A stretch of 64,000 nt of DNA. It comes from Pseudomonadota bacterium (GTDB taxonomy: Bacteria; Pseudomonadota; Alphaproteobacteria; Sphingomonadales; Sphingomonadaceae). The position numbers were made by a program, and so were the translations under genes. Of this stretch, positions 19,208-29,908 are shown piece after piece (position 1 is the first letter of the stretch; each line of letters opens with the position of its first letter). The notes beneath the pieces were generated by a model, which saw only the letters and a program-made list of their open reading frames with translations, was not told the origin of the DNA and did not search any database. The stretch is from assembly GCA_039815245.1 (NCBI GenBank), contig JBCBZR010000011.1:3656-67655 (forward strand), in the 5' to 3' direction.

Positions 19208-20080
19208 TCACTTCGCAATCAGGGCAGTGGGTGCGGCGCGAGTGCGGGGCGAGATTTCCCAGGTCAGCTGTTGACCACCTGCAGTTGCCTGCGGGCCCTC
19301 ATCGGTGTTGTTCGCCCGGATTTCCATTGCGCCGCTCAGCTTCACAGTGAACGTGCCTTCGATCTCAGGGAAGTCAGGCATCGGATTTGCGCTTCCCTCT
19401 TCCTCGGGCGCCAGCGCGGCCATGCCTGCAAGCGCACCAAAGCCTCCCATCATCGCGCCAAACGGATTGTTATCGTTCTGAGCGGCGAAGCCCGGTGCAT
19501 CGATCCGCATCACGCCGCCTTTGCGCATAATGATCTGCACGAACGGATTGGTGGCTGGCACTCCCTCGATTAGGGGAAACAGGAAGTCGTGCTGCGCTTT
19601 GCCTTCGATGGCATAGCTCACATCGAACACGCCGTTGCCCTTGTCCTCGACACGCTTCCAGCCCTTTTGGCGCAGCAGCATCTTCACAAGCTTTGAGCGC
19701 GCCTCCGGATCGTCTGGATCGATCCCGCCCATCATCGCTGACATTTGCTTGCTCTGTTCTGCGCGTTCCTCGGCCTTGGCTTCCCATTCGACGCGTTGGC
19801 CTGAGAGCTCATTCGCAGTGCACGGGCGCTCCTCGTCGGTCGCATCGACATAGCAGGGCTGTTCTTCGAAGGTCTCCCCGCCCATTTTCGACAATTGCGC
19901 CAATCCGAGGAAGAAAATCTCGCCGTTATAGCTAAAAGAGAAATCATCATCATCCCCAAGCACAAGCTCCGAGGTGAACTTGCCCGGCGTGATAAAGCAG
20001 CCGGTCAAAAGCAGGGACAGCCCGGCAACCAGCATGGTGGCAAAGGTGCGGGCGGGGCGGTGCGGTGTTGTGTGTATCAT
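19208..20080 (-). CDS. Hypothetical lipoprotein
   Basis: It has the lipobox LLLTGC after a basic N-terminus. I recognise no family. Confidence 0.6.
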   Translation of the reverse strand: MIHTTPHRPARTFATMLVAGLSLLLTGCFITPGKFTSELVLGDDDDFSFSYNGEIFFLGLAQLSKMGGETFEEQPCYVDATDEERPCTANELSGQRVEWEAKAEERAEQSKQMSAMMGGIDPDDPEARSKLVKMLLRQKGWKRVEDKGNGVFDVSYAIEGKAQHDFLFPLIEGVPATNPFVQIIMRKGGVMRIDAPGFAAQNDNNPFGAMMGGFGALAGMAALAPEEEGSANPMPDFPEIEGTFTVKLSGAMEIRANNTDEGPQATAGGQQLTWEISPRTRAAPTALIAK

Positions 20081-20136
20081 ACCAAGGGACCTGTCAGATT
20101 GACGTTAAGCGGCGGTTACACCTCAAAGCTAACACA

Positions 20137-20940
20137 TCATCGTGTCGCAGCGGCATAGAGAGAGATGGCAGCCGCGTTGGAGACGTTCAAACTCTCTATC
20201 GCGGAGGTGATTGGGAGCCGAGCGAGCGTATCGCAATGCTGCGCGATGTTATGGCGCAAGCCATCGCCTTCCGCACCCAGCACCAGCGCAAGTGGACCCG
20301 CGCTCAAGCTTTCAGCCAAAGTGGCCTCGGCGTCCCCGGCAAGGCCAATGCGCCAATATCCAGCCTCTGCCAGTTCATCGAGCGCACGGGCGAGGTTTAC
20401 CACGCGCACCCAGGGCATCGTTTCAAGCGCGCCCGATGCAGATTTGGCCACGACGCCGCCTTCGGGCGGAGCGTGGCGGTCCTGCGTCACAATCGCCGCC
20501 GCGCCGAACGCTGCGGCAGAGCGGAGAATCGCGCCGACATTGTGCGGATCGGTGACCTGATCGAGCACTACAATGGGCCGCGCCGGGTCGCCTGCCGCGA
20601 CTTCATCAAGGAACGGCCCATCGAGCGGCGCGCATTCCAGCACCAGCCCCTGATGCGGGGCGTCTTTGGCGACCAGCCGTGCGAGGTCCTGCACATCGGC
20701 ATATTCAATCGGAAAATCAGGCGGCAGCTCGCCGTCGAGCGTCTCAATCCCCTCGCGCGTTGCCCACAACTTGCGGTGAGAGCGTTCCGGGTTCTTCAGC
20801 GCTGCTTCAACCGGATGCCGCCCCCACAGGCGCACATGCCCTGCCGAAGCGCGCCCAGAGCCGCGCCCGCCTTTCATTCGCCCCGCACGCCCTCGCAGCA
20901 CCCTGCTCTTGTCACCCTTGGCCATTTTCATCCTTGTCAT
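20137..20940 (-). CDS. rlmB: SpoU/TrmH-family 23S rRNA 2'-O-methyltransferase (RlmB-like)
   Basis: It has a basic N-terminus, then LWGRHPVEAAL, the SpoU motifs LDQVTDPHNVGAILRSA and LVLGAEGDGLR, and LNVSNAA. Confidence 0.8.
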   Translation of the reverse strand: MTRMKMAKGDKSRVLRGRAGRMKGGRGSGRASAGHVRLWGRHPVEAALKNPERSHRKLWATREGIETLDGELPPDFPIEYADVQDLARLVAKDAPHQGLVLECAPLDGPFLDEVAAGDPARPIVVLDQVTDPHNVGAILRSAAAFGAAAIVTQDRHAPPEGGVVAKSASGALETMPWVRVVNLARALDELAEAGYWRIGLAGDAEATLAESLSAGPLALVLGAEGDGLRHNIAQHCDTLARLPITSAIESLNVSNAAAISLYAAATR

Positions 20941-21090
20941 CGCACCATCAGCCTGCGCCCTGTGCCAGTCGCCCCATTGACAGGCAAGCGAGCCTTCGCC
21001 AAAGGGGCGCCTCTCGGCAAACAGGACCGCGCGTCCTGCGTCTATTCAGCTCGGTAAAACCGGCCTGATCTTGGTGACAAGCATCTGTGT

Positions 21091-21176
21091 GGACAGGTGG
21101 CCGAGTGGTTAAAGGCAGCAGACTGTAAATCTGCCCGCGCAAGCGTACGCTGGTTCGAATCCAGCCCTGTCCACCA
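21091..21176 (+). tRNA. tRNA-Tyr (anticodon GTA), class II with a long variable arm
   Basis: I folded the cloverleaf by hand. The acceptor stem pairs GGACAGG with CCTGTCC. The anticodon stem pairs GCAGA with TCTGC around the loop CTGTAAA. The T-arm is GCTGG-TTCGAAT-CCAGC, and the CCA end is encoded. Confidence 0.95.
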
Positions 21177-21235
21177 CCGCTTCTGATCACATAACCCACT
21201 TGCAGCGCACCGCGTGCAATCGTATCGCGCGCGCC

Positions 21236-22402
21236 ATGCAAGACACCACTACATCACACACCACACCCTCTCGTCAGTTGACGGGCCGGCCGGTTATTTC
21301 AGCGACCGGGCTGTTTACGCCTGAACAATCGATCTCGAACGAGGAGCTGGTTGCCAGCTTCAACGAGTATGTAGACAGCCACAACGCCGCTAACGCGGAC
21401 GCGATCGCGGCCGGAGAGGTTGAGACGCTCGAACATTCGTCGGTAGCGTTCATAGAAAAAGCGAGCGGGATCAAAGCGCGCCACGTGATGACCAAAGAGC
21501 CGATCCTTGATCCCGAAGTCATGTGCCCGCGGTTTGAGGAACGGCCCAACACGCAGATTTCGCTGATGGCTGAGATTGGTGTCACTGCGGCGCGTCAGGC
21601 GCTCGAGCGGGCAGGGCGCGCCCCTGAGGATGTCGATGCGGTGCTGTGCGCTGCGGCTAATATGCAGCGCGCCTACCCTGCGATGGCGATTGAGATCCAG
21701 CAGGAGCTGGGGATTGATGGCTTCGGCTTTGACATGAACGTTGCGTGCTCTTCATCCACGTTCGGGATCCAAACGGCTTCTGACTATGTGCGGTCGGGCA
21801 ACGCGAAGAGCGTGCTGGTGGTAAGCCCTGAGATTACGTCAGGCCACCTCAATTGGCGCGACCGGGACAGCCATTTTATCTTTGGCGATGTCGCGACAGC
21901 CGTGTTGGTAGAGGACGAAGCGATTGCACCGTCTGAACACTGGGACATCCTCGGCACCAAGCTGAAAACGGTGTTTTCGAACAACATCCGCAACAATTTC
22001 GGCTTCCTCAACCGCGCGCATCCCGAAACGATTGGCGAGGCCGACAAGCTCTTCGTGCAAGAGGGGCGCAAAGTCTTCAAAGAAGTAGTGCCGATGGTGG
22101 CGCAGATGATTCTGGCTGAAGCGGAGCGGTTGGAGATTGATCCTGCCGGACTTCGGCGACTGTGGTTGCACCAGGCCAATGCGGGGATGAACCGTCTGAT
22201 TGCGCAGCGCGTTCTGGGCCATGAAGCGAGCGCAGATGAGAGCCCGACTGTGCTCGACACCTATGGCAACACGTCAAGCGCCGGGTCGATTATCGCTTTC
22301 CACCGCCACAAAGACGATCTGGCAGATGGCGACACAGGCCTCATTTGCAGCTTTGGCGCAGGCTACTCGGCAGGCACTGTGTTTGTGCGAAAGGTAGGCT
22401 GA
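21236..22402 (+). CDS. Beta-ketoacyl-ACP synthase III family protein (FabH-like)
   Basis: The catalytic Cys context is NVACSSSTF, with HQAN and GNTSSAG motifs. I chose the internal ATG at 21236 as the start. Confidence 0.85.
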   Translation: MQDTTTSHTTPSRQLTGRPVISATGLFTPEQSISNEELVASFNEYVDSHNAANADAIAAGEVETLEHSSVAFIEKASGIKARHVMTKEPILDPEVMCPRFEERPNTQISLMAEIGVTAARQALERAGRAPEDVDAVLCAAANMQRAYPAMAIEIQQELGIDGFGFDMNVACSSSTFGIQTASDYVRSGNAKSVLVVSPEITSGHLNWRDRDSHFIFGDVATAVLVEDEAIAPSEHWDILGTKLKTVFSNNIRNNFGFLNRAHPETIGEADKLFVQEGRKVFKEVVPMVAQMILAEAERLEIDPAGLRRLWLHQANAGMNRLIAQRVLGHEASADESPTVLDTYGNTSSAGSIIAFHRHKDDLADGDTGLICSFGAGYSAGTVFVRKVG

Positions 22403-22487
22403 GCGGGGCAGCACCACGCGGGTTTTTCCCGTGTCATCGCACGCCCCTTTCTTGCGGGCTGTGGGTGCGCCGCTTACATGACACGCC

Positions 22488-23237
22488 ATGGCTGGTGAAA
22501 TTCTCGACAATCAAGGACGCGGCGAAGCAGGTTGGAGCTGGCCGCCGGTCCACCCCGAAGGGCGCAAATTTGGCGTCATCGCGCTGGGCATCAGCCTTAT
22601 TCCGCTGTTTTTTGGCTGGGTCTTTGCCTTTGCCATGATGCTGGGCGTCTCAGCGTTTGTCTTTGCGTTTTTCCGCGATCCGGAACGGGTGGTGCCGCAA
22701 TCCGAAAACGCTATCGTCGCGCCGGCTGACGGGATTGTCTCGCTGATTTCGCAAGTTGAGCCGCCGCTTGAATTGCAGGTTGAGGACGGCAGCGGCACGC
22801 GCGGTCTTCCTGCAGGTCCAGTCACCCGCCTCTCGATTTTCATGAGCGTCTTTGACGTTCACATCAATCGCTCGCCGATTGCAGGCAGCGTGCGGCGGCT
22901 GATTTACATTCCCGGCAAGTTCATGAACGCAGACCTTGATAAAGCGAGCGAGGAAAATGAACGCCAGCACATGCTGATCGAACGGGGGGACGGCGTGATG
23001 GTCGGCTTTACGCAGATCGCAGGACTGGTGGCGCGGCGCATTGTGCCGTTTGCCAAGACTGGCGACACGCTTGCGGTCGGGCAGCGCATTGGCCTTATTC
23101 GATTTGGCAGCCGCGTGGATGTGTACCTGCCTGCTGGCACTGATCCCAAGGTGCTGTTGGGCCAGAAGATCGTCGCTGGCGAGACGGTTCTTGCCGAATT
23201 TGGGCAGAAGGGCCTGCTGGAAGGGATATCGCAATGA
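22488..23237 (+). CDS. psd: Phosphatidylserine decarboxylase proenzyme (short form)
   Basis: It has [16 protein letters not shown] and the self-cleavage motif [10 protein letters not shown]. Confidence 0.85.
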   Translation: MAGEILDNQGRGEAGWSWPPVHPEGRKFGVIALGISLIPLFFGWVFAFAMMLGVSAFVFAFFRDPERVVPQSENAIVAPADGIVSLISQVEPPLELQVEDGSGTRGLPAGPVTRLSIFMSVFDVHINRSPIAGSVRRLIYIPGKFMNADLDKASEENERQHMLIERGDGVMVGFTQIAGLVARRIVPFAKTGDTLAVGQRIGLIRFGSRVDVYLPAGTDPKVLLGQKIVAGETVLAEFGQKGLLEGISQ

Positions 23238-23304
23238 TCCCGACCGTTGACCCCGGCATTCAGCACAGCACCCGATACGGCGCATTGACGGGCCGGGCGA
23301 CACT

Positions 23305-24198
23305 TTGAGCCTGAGGGACAGGTTTCCCAGACGCCAGCCCCCGCCAGCGCGGCTTGGGCCAAAAGCGGCTGAAGATGAGGACGGTCGCACCAGTGGAGAC
23401 GGTACAGGGCTGACCCTGCGCGCAATGCTGCCCAATGCGATTACCGCCGCTGCATTATGCTCCGGCCTTACCGGCGTGCGCTTCGCGATTGATGGCGAAT
23501 GGGCCTATGCGGTTCTCGCCGTCCTGCTCGCTGCGGTGTTGGATGGGATAGATGGACGCATTGCGCGGCTGCTTAACGCGCAGTCACGCTTCGGCGCGGA
23601 GCTCGATAGCCTCGCCGATTCGCTGTCTTTCGGGATGGCGCCCGCGCTTATCATGTTCTTATGGTCGCTGAAGGAGTTGGACCGGTTTGGATGGTTTGCC
23701 GCGCTCGCCTTCGCGATTTGCTGTGCGCTGCGGCTGGCCCGGTTCAATGCGCAAATTGATACAGATGAGCAGCCGCACCAGTCGGCGGGCTTTTTGACCG
23801 GCGTGCCCGCGCCCGTTGGTGCAGGTCTCGTTTTCGCGCCGTTCTACCTCTGGCAAGAAACTGGCCTTGCGATCTTTCGTGATCCGCTGCTCACAACACC
23901 ATGGACCGCGGCAATGGCGGCGCTGATGATTTCGAATATGGCGACGCTGAGTTGGGGGGCAATCCGCCCTCGGCGCGGCATCCGACTTGGTCTGATCCTT
24001 GTCGTTTCACTAGGCTTTGCCGCATTGTTGCTGGAGCCTTGGTGGACCTTGTCCGTGATCAGCGGCTGTTATCTCGCTTTAATGCCATACGCCTTGTGGC
24101 GATATGGCCAGATCAAGCGGCGCCGTGCCCAAAGAGCGGCTGAGCCGTCCGCCGCTGTGCCCGCGCCGTTGGGCGACGACGTGGCTCCATCCGGTTAA
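23305..24198 (+). CDS. pssA: CDP-diacylglycerol--serine O-phosphatidyltransferase
   Basis: The CDP-alcohol phosphatidyltransferase motif is DGIDGRIARLLNAQSRFGAELDSLADS. The TTG start at 23305 is uncertain. Confidence 0.85.
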   Translation: MSLRDRFPRRQPPPARLGPKAAEDEDGRTSGDGTGLTLRAMLPNAITAAALCSGLTGVRFAIDGEWAYAVLAVLLAAVLDGIDGRIARLLNAQSRFGAELDSLADSLSFGMAPALIMFLWSLKELDRFGWFAALAFAICCALRLARFNAQIDTDEQPHQSAGFLTGVPAPVGAGLVFAPFYLWQETGLAIFRDPLLTTPWTAAMAALMISNMATLSWGAIRPRRGIRLGLILVVSLGFAALLLEPWWTLSVISGCYLALMPYALWRYGQIKRRRAQRAAEPSAAVPAPLGDDVAPSG

Positions 24199-24421
24199 CC
24201 GCACCCGCCCGCAAGCGATAAGCGGGTTCTTCCGCCGCAACAGGCACAAAGCCCTGCTCAAGCAAAGCCCGCTCTTCCAGCAGCTGTTCAAAGACATAGC
24301 GCCCGCGAACCCAGGCATCAGCCAGAGCCAGCGCGGATGCGATGGCGACAATCACAAAGAGCCCGGTGACGAAAAGAGTTGCCATGATGCAGATGCCTTC
24401 GATGTTTTGTGTTTGTTCCAT
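24113..24421 (-). CDS. Possible small membrane protein (hypothetical)
   Basis: It has one TM segment, LFVTGLFVIVAIASALALA. It converges on pssA and overlaps it by 86 nt, and it may be a non-coding shadow ORF. Confidence 0.3.
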   Translation of the reverse strand: MEQTQNIEGICIMATLFVTGLFVIVAIASALALADAWVRGRYVFEQLLEERALLEQGFVPVAAEEPAYRLRAGAVNRMEPRRRPTARAQRRTAQPLFGHGAA

Positions 24422-24655
24422 TGCCTTTGTTCTCTAAGTGTTCCTGCGTGTCAACCGAAAAACCAATTCGGAGGCAATTTCGCTTTTAGGGTGGATTTCC
24501 CTGCGCCATCACGCTAATGGCGCGCCCTCGCTTGCTGGGGGTCTCACTCACCAATGGCGAAATTCACATGGAAAGCATACATACCGGTGCCGCCGGCGGG
24601 ATTTCCGCTCACGTGGTTCCAGTTTTCCAGAGGACGAACCGGAAAGGAATTACCT

Positions 24656-25468
24656 ATGGCGGCCACCACCGTCACGATGCAGCAATTGATTGAGGCCGGC
24701 GCACACTTCGGCCACCAGACCCACCGTTGGAACCCGCGTATGAAGCCGTATATCTTCGGCGCGCGCAACGGTGTTCACATCATCGACCTTTCGCAAACCG
24801 TGCCGCTGTTCGCGCGCGCGCTCGACTTCGTGGAAAGCACCGTCCGCGCAGGCGGCAAAGTTCTGTTCGTCGGCACCAAGCGTCAGGCCCAAGAGCCAAT
24901 CGCCGAAGCCGCACGCGCCTGTGGTCAGCACTTCGTCAACCATCGCTGGCTGGGCGGCATGCTCACCAACTGGAAGACGATCAGCGGTTCGATCAAGCGT
25001 TTGAAGACACTTGAAGAGCAGCTCTCAGGCGACACGAGCGGTCTGACCAAGAAAGAAGTCTTGAACCTCACGCGAGAGCGCGACAAACTGGAGCTTTCGC
25101 TCGGCGGTATTCGCGACATGGGCGGCGTGCCTGACGTGATGTTCGTGATTGACGCAAACAAGGAAGACCTCGCGATCAAGGAAGCGGCTGTGCTCGGTAT
25201 TCCGGTGATCGCGGTGCTTGATACCAATGTCGATCCGTCAAACATTGCTTTCCCGGTTCCGGGCAATGACGATGCGAGCCGTGCGGTTCGCCTCTATTGT
25301 CAGGCCATCGGCGATGCGGCGACCGCAGGTAAGGGTGGCGCAGTGCAGGATTCGGCTGAGGATTTCGGCGCGATGGATACGCCCCCGGCAGAGCCGACCG
25401 CTGAAGCTCCTGAAGCGGCTCCGGCCCCTGCCCCTGCTGCAGAAGCCACTCCGGCCGAAAGCGCCTGA
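24656..25468 (+). CDS. rpsB: 30S ribosomal protein S2
   Basis: The sequence reads [37 protein letters not shown] ribosome-binding site lies upstream of the ATG at 24656. Confidence 0.95.
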   Translation: MAATTVTMQQLIEAGAHFGHQTHRWNPRMKPYIFGARNGVHIIDLSQTVPLFARALDFVESTVRAGGKVLFVGTKRQAQEPIAEAARACGQHFVNHRWLGGMLTNWKTISGSIKRLKTLEEQLSGDTSGLTKKEVLNLTRERDKLELSLGGIRDMGGVPDVMFVIDANKEDLAIKEAAVLGIPVIAVLDTNVDPSNIAFPVPGNDDASRAVRLYCQAIGDAATAGKGGAVQDSAEDFGAMDTPPAEPTAEAPEAAPAPAPAAEATPAESA

Positions 25469-25596
25469 GCCTTTCAATTGCGCGCGGCGTCAATCGCGCG
25501 TCACAAACACACACTAACGCGCCGGACATACCCTTTGGGGTGCCCCCGGGTGGCCCATGTCCGGCGCCCTTAATCCCTATGAGAAGGAATATTCCC

Positions 25597-26523
25597 ATGG
25601 CCAATTTCTCCGTCGCGGATGTGAAGAAACTGCGCGAAAAAACCGGCGCTGGCATGATGGACGCCAAGAAGGCGTTGACCCAAGCCGATGGCGACATCGA
25701 AGCGGCTGTTGACGCTCTGCGCGCCAAGGGTCTGGCGACCGCCCAGAAAAAGTCGAGCCGTACGGCGGCCGAAGGTCTCGTTGGCGTGGCTGTCGAAGGC
25801 ACGCGAGGCACGGCTGTTGAAGTGAACTCGGAAACGGACTTCGTCGCCAAGAACGACAAGTTTCAGGATTTCGTTCGCAAGACCACGGGCGTCGCGCTTA
25901 CGCTCGCTGAAGATGATGTCGAAGCGCTTAAGGCTTCGGCCTATCCAGATGGCGGGACTGTGACTGAAAAGCTGACCGACAATGTTGCGACCATCGGTGA
26001 GAACCAGCAGATCCGCCGCATGAAGACGGTCACGGTCGGCTCTGGTGCGATTGTCTCCTATGTCCACAACGCGGCGGCTGAGAATCTCGGCAAGATCGGC
26101 GTTCTGGTCGCGCTGGAAAGCGATATTGCAGCGGACGTGCTTGAGCCGTTCGGCAAGCAGATCGCCATGCACATCGCCTCCATGTTCCCGCAAGCGCTCA
26201 ACGCCGACGGCCTCGACGCCGACGTGATCGAGCGTGAGCGCGCGATTGCGCAGGAAAAGGCCGCCGAAAGCGGCAAGCCTGAGCAAGTGCAGGAAAAGAT
26301 GGTCGAAGGCGCGATCAAGAAGTTCGCCAAGGAAAACGCGCTGCTCAGCCAGATGTTCGTGATGGACAACAAGATCACGGTCGAGGACGCGGTGGCCAAG
26401 TTTGCCAAGGACAATGGCGGCTCCGCGACGCTGACCGACTACGTCCGCTTCCAGCTGGGCGAAGGTATTGAGAAGGAAGAAAGCGACTTCGCAGCCGAGG
26501 TTGCTGCTGCTGTCGGCGGGTAA
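25597..26523 (+). CDS. tsf: Translation elongation factor Ts
   Basis: The sequence reads [27 protein letters not shown]. It follows rpsB. Confidence 0.95.
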   Translation: MANFSVADVKKLREKTGAGMMDAKKALTQADGDIEAAVDALRAKGLATAQKKSSRTAAEGLVGVAVEGTRGTAVEVNSETDFVAKNDKFQDFVRKTTGVALTLAEDDVEALKASAYPDGGTVTEKLTDNVATIGENQQIRRMKTVTVGSGAIVSYVHNAAAENLGKIGVLVALESDIAADVLEPFGKQIAMHIASMFPQALNADGLDADVIERERAIAQEKAAESGKPEQVQEKMVEGAIKKFAKENALLSQMFVMDNKITVEDAVAKFAKDNGGSATLTDYVRFQLGEGIEKEESDFAAEVAAAVGG

Positions 26524-26551
26524 TCGCCTGCTCTGCCAAACACGTACAAGT

Positions 26552-26592
26552 AAAGGCGGCCGCATTTATCGTGATGCGGTCGCCTTTTTCAT
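26552..26592 (+). terminator. Intrinsic terminator after tsf
   Basis: The stem pairs aaaggcggccgcat with atgcggtcgccttt and is followed by a T-run (tttttc). Confidence 0.75.
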
Positions 26593-26605
26593 TTAGGCTT
26601 TCGCC

Positions 26606-26905
26606 ATGAGTGTAACCGGCCCTGATGGTGAGCGCGGCATCGTTCTGGTTGTCGACCAGGTCATCGAGCGCGGCTGGTTTCGCTCCCAAATCCGGGCGCT
26701 GCCGCACTTTCTGGGCGATGATCACTCAGCTGGGCTGTTTCAGGCAAAGCGCCTGATCTTCGACCGCCACATCGGATTTCGCGTGCCTCTGACCGATATC
26801 AGAGTGGAAAAGGATGTGCCCGTGTTCCTTGTGTGCAAAGGCAAACACTGGCGCAAAAGCGACGCCATCCCGCCAGCCGATATCTTGTATCGCTATGAGC
26901 CCTAG
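26606..26905 (+). CDS. Hypothetical protein (weak call)
   Basis: This 99-aa ORF lies between the tsf terminator and a convergent gene. It has no clear ribosome-binding site and I recognise no family. Confidence 0.3.
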   Translation: MSVTGPDGERGIVLVVDQVIERGWFRSQIRALPHFLGDDHSAGLFQAKRLIFDRHIGFRVPLTDIRVEKDVPVFLVCKGKHWRKSDAIPPADILYRYEP

Positions 26906-27729
26906 GAGGCTGGTCGAATTTCGATAAGCCACAGCTCCGGGTGGGTTAGAAAGCGCAAAGGCAGAACGCTTGTCCCAAGGCCTGCGCTGGTGACGAGTGT
27001 TTTGGCTTGCTCCTTGACCACGCCGCAAGCGAATTTCTCGCCATATTTTGACATCTTTACTGGCGATCCACCCCAAGGGTATCTCAGTTGCCCGCAATGG
27101 GTGTGACCCGCCATCATCAAGACGATGTCCGAAGGCATTTGCGGGAATAGATCCGGAGTGTGGGTCAGCATGACGCGCGGGCCACTAAGGCCCTTCATCG
27201 CTGCCAAAGTCGCCGCAAGATCATCATTCTGAGTGAAATCGTCGTCCATGCCGCCCATGGCCAGAGGACCAAGTTGAGCAGCCCCATTTTGCAAGACGGT
27301 GATGTGGGGAAACTTCTCAAGCTCGCTGGCGAGTTCCGGCCAGCCATACCAATGATCGTGATTGCCCGGCACCAGAACGACGCCTGATGGAGCGGACAGC
27401 TTGCCCAGCGGAGCGATTACATCGCGAGGTGAGTACGTTCTCGTCCCAGCGCGCTTCTCGCTAACCAAGTCGCCAGCGACCGCGATAATGTCTGCACCCA
27501 GCGCATTCGTCTGGGCCACAATCCGTTCAACGCGCTCAGGCGGCATATCGGGGCCGGCCATGTGAATGTCTGCCACCAGAGCAATTGTGACCGGCTTTGC
27601 ATTGGAAGGAAGGTCCGAACTCGTCACTAGCAGCCGCTCAACCACCGGGTCACTCATCGTGTCGGACCAGACTTTCCAACACATCAATGCGGTAATCACA
27701 GCGAAGCCGATTAGGATTTTGCGGAACAT
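26902..27729 (-). CDS. Membrane-anchored or secreted metallophosphoesterase (YaeI-like)
   Basis: The calcineurin-like motifs are ALVADIHMAG, VAGDLV, VPGNHDHW and MAGHTHCG. The N-terminus is hydrophobic. Confidence 0.8.
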   Translation of the reverse strand: MFRKILIGFAVITALMCWKVWSDTMSDPVVERLLVTSSDLPSNAKPVTIALVADIHMAGPDMPPERVERIVAQTNALGADIIAVAGDLVSEKRAGTRTYSPRDVIAPLGKLSAPSGVVLVPGNHDHWYGWPELASELEKFPHITVLQNGAAQLGPLAMGGMDDDFTQNDDLAATLAAMKGLSGPRVMLTHTPDLFPQMPSDIVLMMAGHTHCGQLRYPWGGSPVKMSKYGEKFACGVVKEQAKTLVTSAGLGTSVLPLRFLTHPELWLIEIRPAS

Positions 27730-27888
27730 GGGCTTGCAGCTTTGTGGCTGAGGGCAAAGGGTGTCACTGAGTTATGTGCGGTCTGACCCCGATTGACCAC
27801 AAGCCAATCGAGCTATCCCCCTTCACATCCCCGCGCAGCGCCGATAAAGGCCCGCCAACGCCTAACTCCTGCCGAAAGAGCGCAAGCT

Positions 27889-28608
27889 ATGCCAATGCCC
27901 GAAATCAAGCGCGTCCTCCTGAAACTCTCAGGCGAAGTGCTGATGGGTGAGCAGGAGTATGGCATTGACCCGGCCTATGTCGCGCGGCTCGCTGAAGAGG
28001 TGAAGGCGGCCAAGGATAGCGGGCTTGAGGTTTGCCTCGTGATCGGGGGCGGCAATATCTTTCGAGGGATCAGCGCGGCGGCAAGGGGGCTCGACCGCAC
28101 GACCGGCGATTACATGGGCATGCTCGCGACCGTCATGAACGCGCTCGCGATGCAAAATGCGCTGGAGCAGCTTGGCGTGCAGACCCGCGTGCAATCGGCG
28201 ATCCCGATGGATTCTGTGTGCGAGGCATATATCCGCCGCCGTGCAGAGCGCCATTTGGAGAAGGGCCGGATCGTCATCTTTGCCGCCGGCACGGGCAATC
28301 CGTTCTTCACAACTGACACCGGCGCTGCGCTGCGTGCGGCAGAGATGAATTGCGACGCGCTGCTCAAAGGCACCAGCGTGGATGGGGTCTATGACAGCGA
28401 TCCCAAGCATAACCCGCAAGCCAGCCGTTTCGACACAATTACTTACGACCACGTCCTCACGCAGAACCTGAAGGTGATGGACGCGACCGCCATTGCGCTG
28501 TGCCGCGAGAATTCGATACCCATTGTCGTCTTCTCGATCCGCGAAAAGGGCAATGTCGCGCGCGTGCTAGCGGGCGAGGGCGTGCAGACCATCGTACAAA
28601 AGGACTGA
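27889..28608 (+). CDS. pyrH: UMP kinase
   Basis: It has [10 protein letters not shown] and GGGNIFRG. I chose the internal ATG at 27889 as the start. Confidence 0.9.
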   Translation: MPMPEIKRVLLKLSGEVLMGEQEYGIDPAYVARLAEEVKAAKDSGLEVCLVIGGGNIFRGISAAARGLDRTTGDYMGMLATVMNALAMQNALEQLGVQTRVQSAIPMDSVCEAYIRRRAERHLEKGRIVIFAAGTGNPFFTTDTGAALRAAEMNCDALLKGTSVDGVYDSDPKHNPQASRFDTITYDHVLTQNLKVMDATAIALCRENSIPIVVFSIREKGNVARVLAGEGVQTIVQKD

Positions 28609-28614
28609 TAGACA

Positions 28615-29172
28615 ATGCCGCAATATGACAAGGCCGATATCGAACGCCGCATGACCGGCGCGGTCGAAGCGCTCAAGGGTGACCTCTCAGGGCTGCGCAC
28701 GGGCCGGGCCAACACCAGCCTGCTCGATCCGGTGCAGGTTGAGGTTTATGGCGCGATGATGCCGCTCAATCAGGTCGCGACCGTCTCCGCGCCTGAGCCG
28801 CGCATGCTCAGCGTGCAGGTGTGGGACAAATCGAACCTCACCGCAGTTGAGAAGGGCATCGCCCACGCCAATCTCGGGCTTAACCCGATGATCGACGGTC
28901 AGACCCTGCGCCTGCCGATGCCGGACCTGACAGAGGAGCGGCGCAAGGACCTGGCCAAGCTCGCCGGGCAATATGCCGAGAAAGCCAAGATCGCGATACG
29001 CAATGTGCGGCGCGATGCGATGGAAAGCCTCAAGGCTGACGAAAAGAAGAAGGAAATCTCCGAAGACGACCGCAAGCGGCTGGAGGATGAGGTCCAGAAG
29101 CTGACCGATGCGCATGTCAAGGACACCGACGAGGCGGCAGCGAAGAAAGAGCAGGAAATCCTGACTCAGTAA
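28615..29172 (+). CDS. frr: Ribosome recycling factor
   Basis: It is 185 aa, with [12 protein letters not shown]...[25 protein letters not shown]. It follows pyrH. Confidence 0.95.
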   Translation: MPQYDKADIERRMTGAVEALKGDLSGLRTGRANTSLLDPVQVEVYGAMMPLNQVATVSAPEPRMLSVQVWDKSNLTAVEKGIAHANLGLNPMIDGQTLRLPMPDLTEERRKDLAKLAGQYAEKAKIAIRNVRRDAMESLKADEKKKEISEDDRKRLEDEVQKLTDAHVKDTDEAAAKKEQEILTQ

Positions 29173-29203
29173 GCTATACCGGGCGGTAAGCCGGGGAAAA
29201 CAC

Positions 29204-29908
29204 GTGTCAGGAGAAGGATTGGAGCAAGGCCAAGCCCATAGCCACGCAAGGCATGTCGCCATAATCATGGACGGCAATGGTCGCTGGGCAAAGCGGCGCA
29301 GTTTGCCGCGCGCGGTTGGGCACCAACGCGGGGTCGAAGCGGTGCGGCGGCTGGTGCGCGGGATTGAGCCGCTCAACCTGCAGTGCCTCACGCTCTATGC
29401 TTTTTCGTCGGAAAACTGGAAGCGCTCCGAAGATGAGGTCGATGATCTCATGAACCTGATGCGGCGCTTCATCAAATCCGATCTTCCTGAGTTTGTCGAA
29501 AACGGGATCAAGCTGAAGATCATCGGTGACTGGCAATCGCTCGCGCCCGACATCGTAGCGATGCTCGAAGATGCGCTGGCGCAGACGGCGGGCGGTCACC
29601 AGACGCTGGCCGTGGCGCTCAATTATGGCGGTCAGCATGAGATTGCGCGCGCAGCGGCCAAGGCGGCGGCTGAAGGGGAAATCAGCACGGATGCCATCGA
29701 AGCGCAGCTCGACACAGCGGACCTGCCGCCGCTCGACCTGCTGATCCGCACCAGCGGCGAAGTGCGTCTGTCCAACTTCCTGCTGTGGCAGGCGGCCTAT
29801 GCCGAGATGCTGTTCGTCGACACGCTCTGGCCCGATTTCAAACCTGAGCATCTGGCCACTGCCATCGATGATTTTCACGCGCGGGAGCGCCGCTATGGCG
29901 GGCGGTAA
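29204..29908 (+). CDS. uppS: Undecaprenyl diphosphate synthase (cis-isoprenyl transferase)
   Basis: It has HVAIIMDGNGRWA, YAFSSENW, IRTSGEVRLSNFLLWQ and RERRYG. Confidence 0.9.
   Translation: MSGEGLEQGQAHSHARHVAIIMDGNGRWAKRRSLPRAVGHQRGVEAVRRLVRGIEPLNLQCLTLYAFSSENWKRSEDEVDDLMNLMRRFIKSDLPEFVENGIKLKIIGDWQSLAPDIVAMLEDALAQTAGGHQTLAVALNYGGQHEIARAAAKAAAEGEISTDAIEAQLDTADLPPLDLLIRTSGEVRLSNFLLWQAAYAEMLFVDTLWPDFKPEHLATAIDDFHARERRYGGR

Noticed and set aside
26726-27097. A 123-aa reverse ORF that overlaps the metallophosphoesterase C-terminus and the 99-aa forward ORF.
   Set aside because: It is out of frame with the well-supported metallophosphoesterase gene that occupies the same strand and region.
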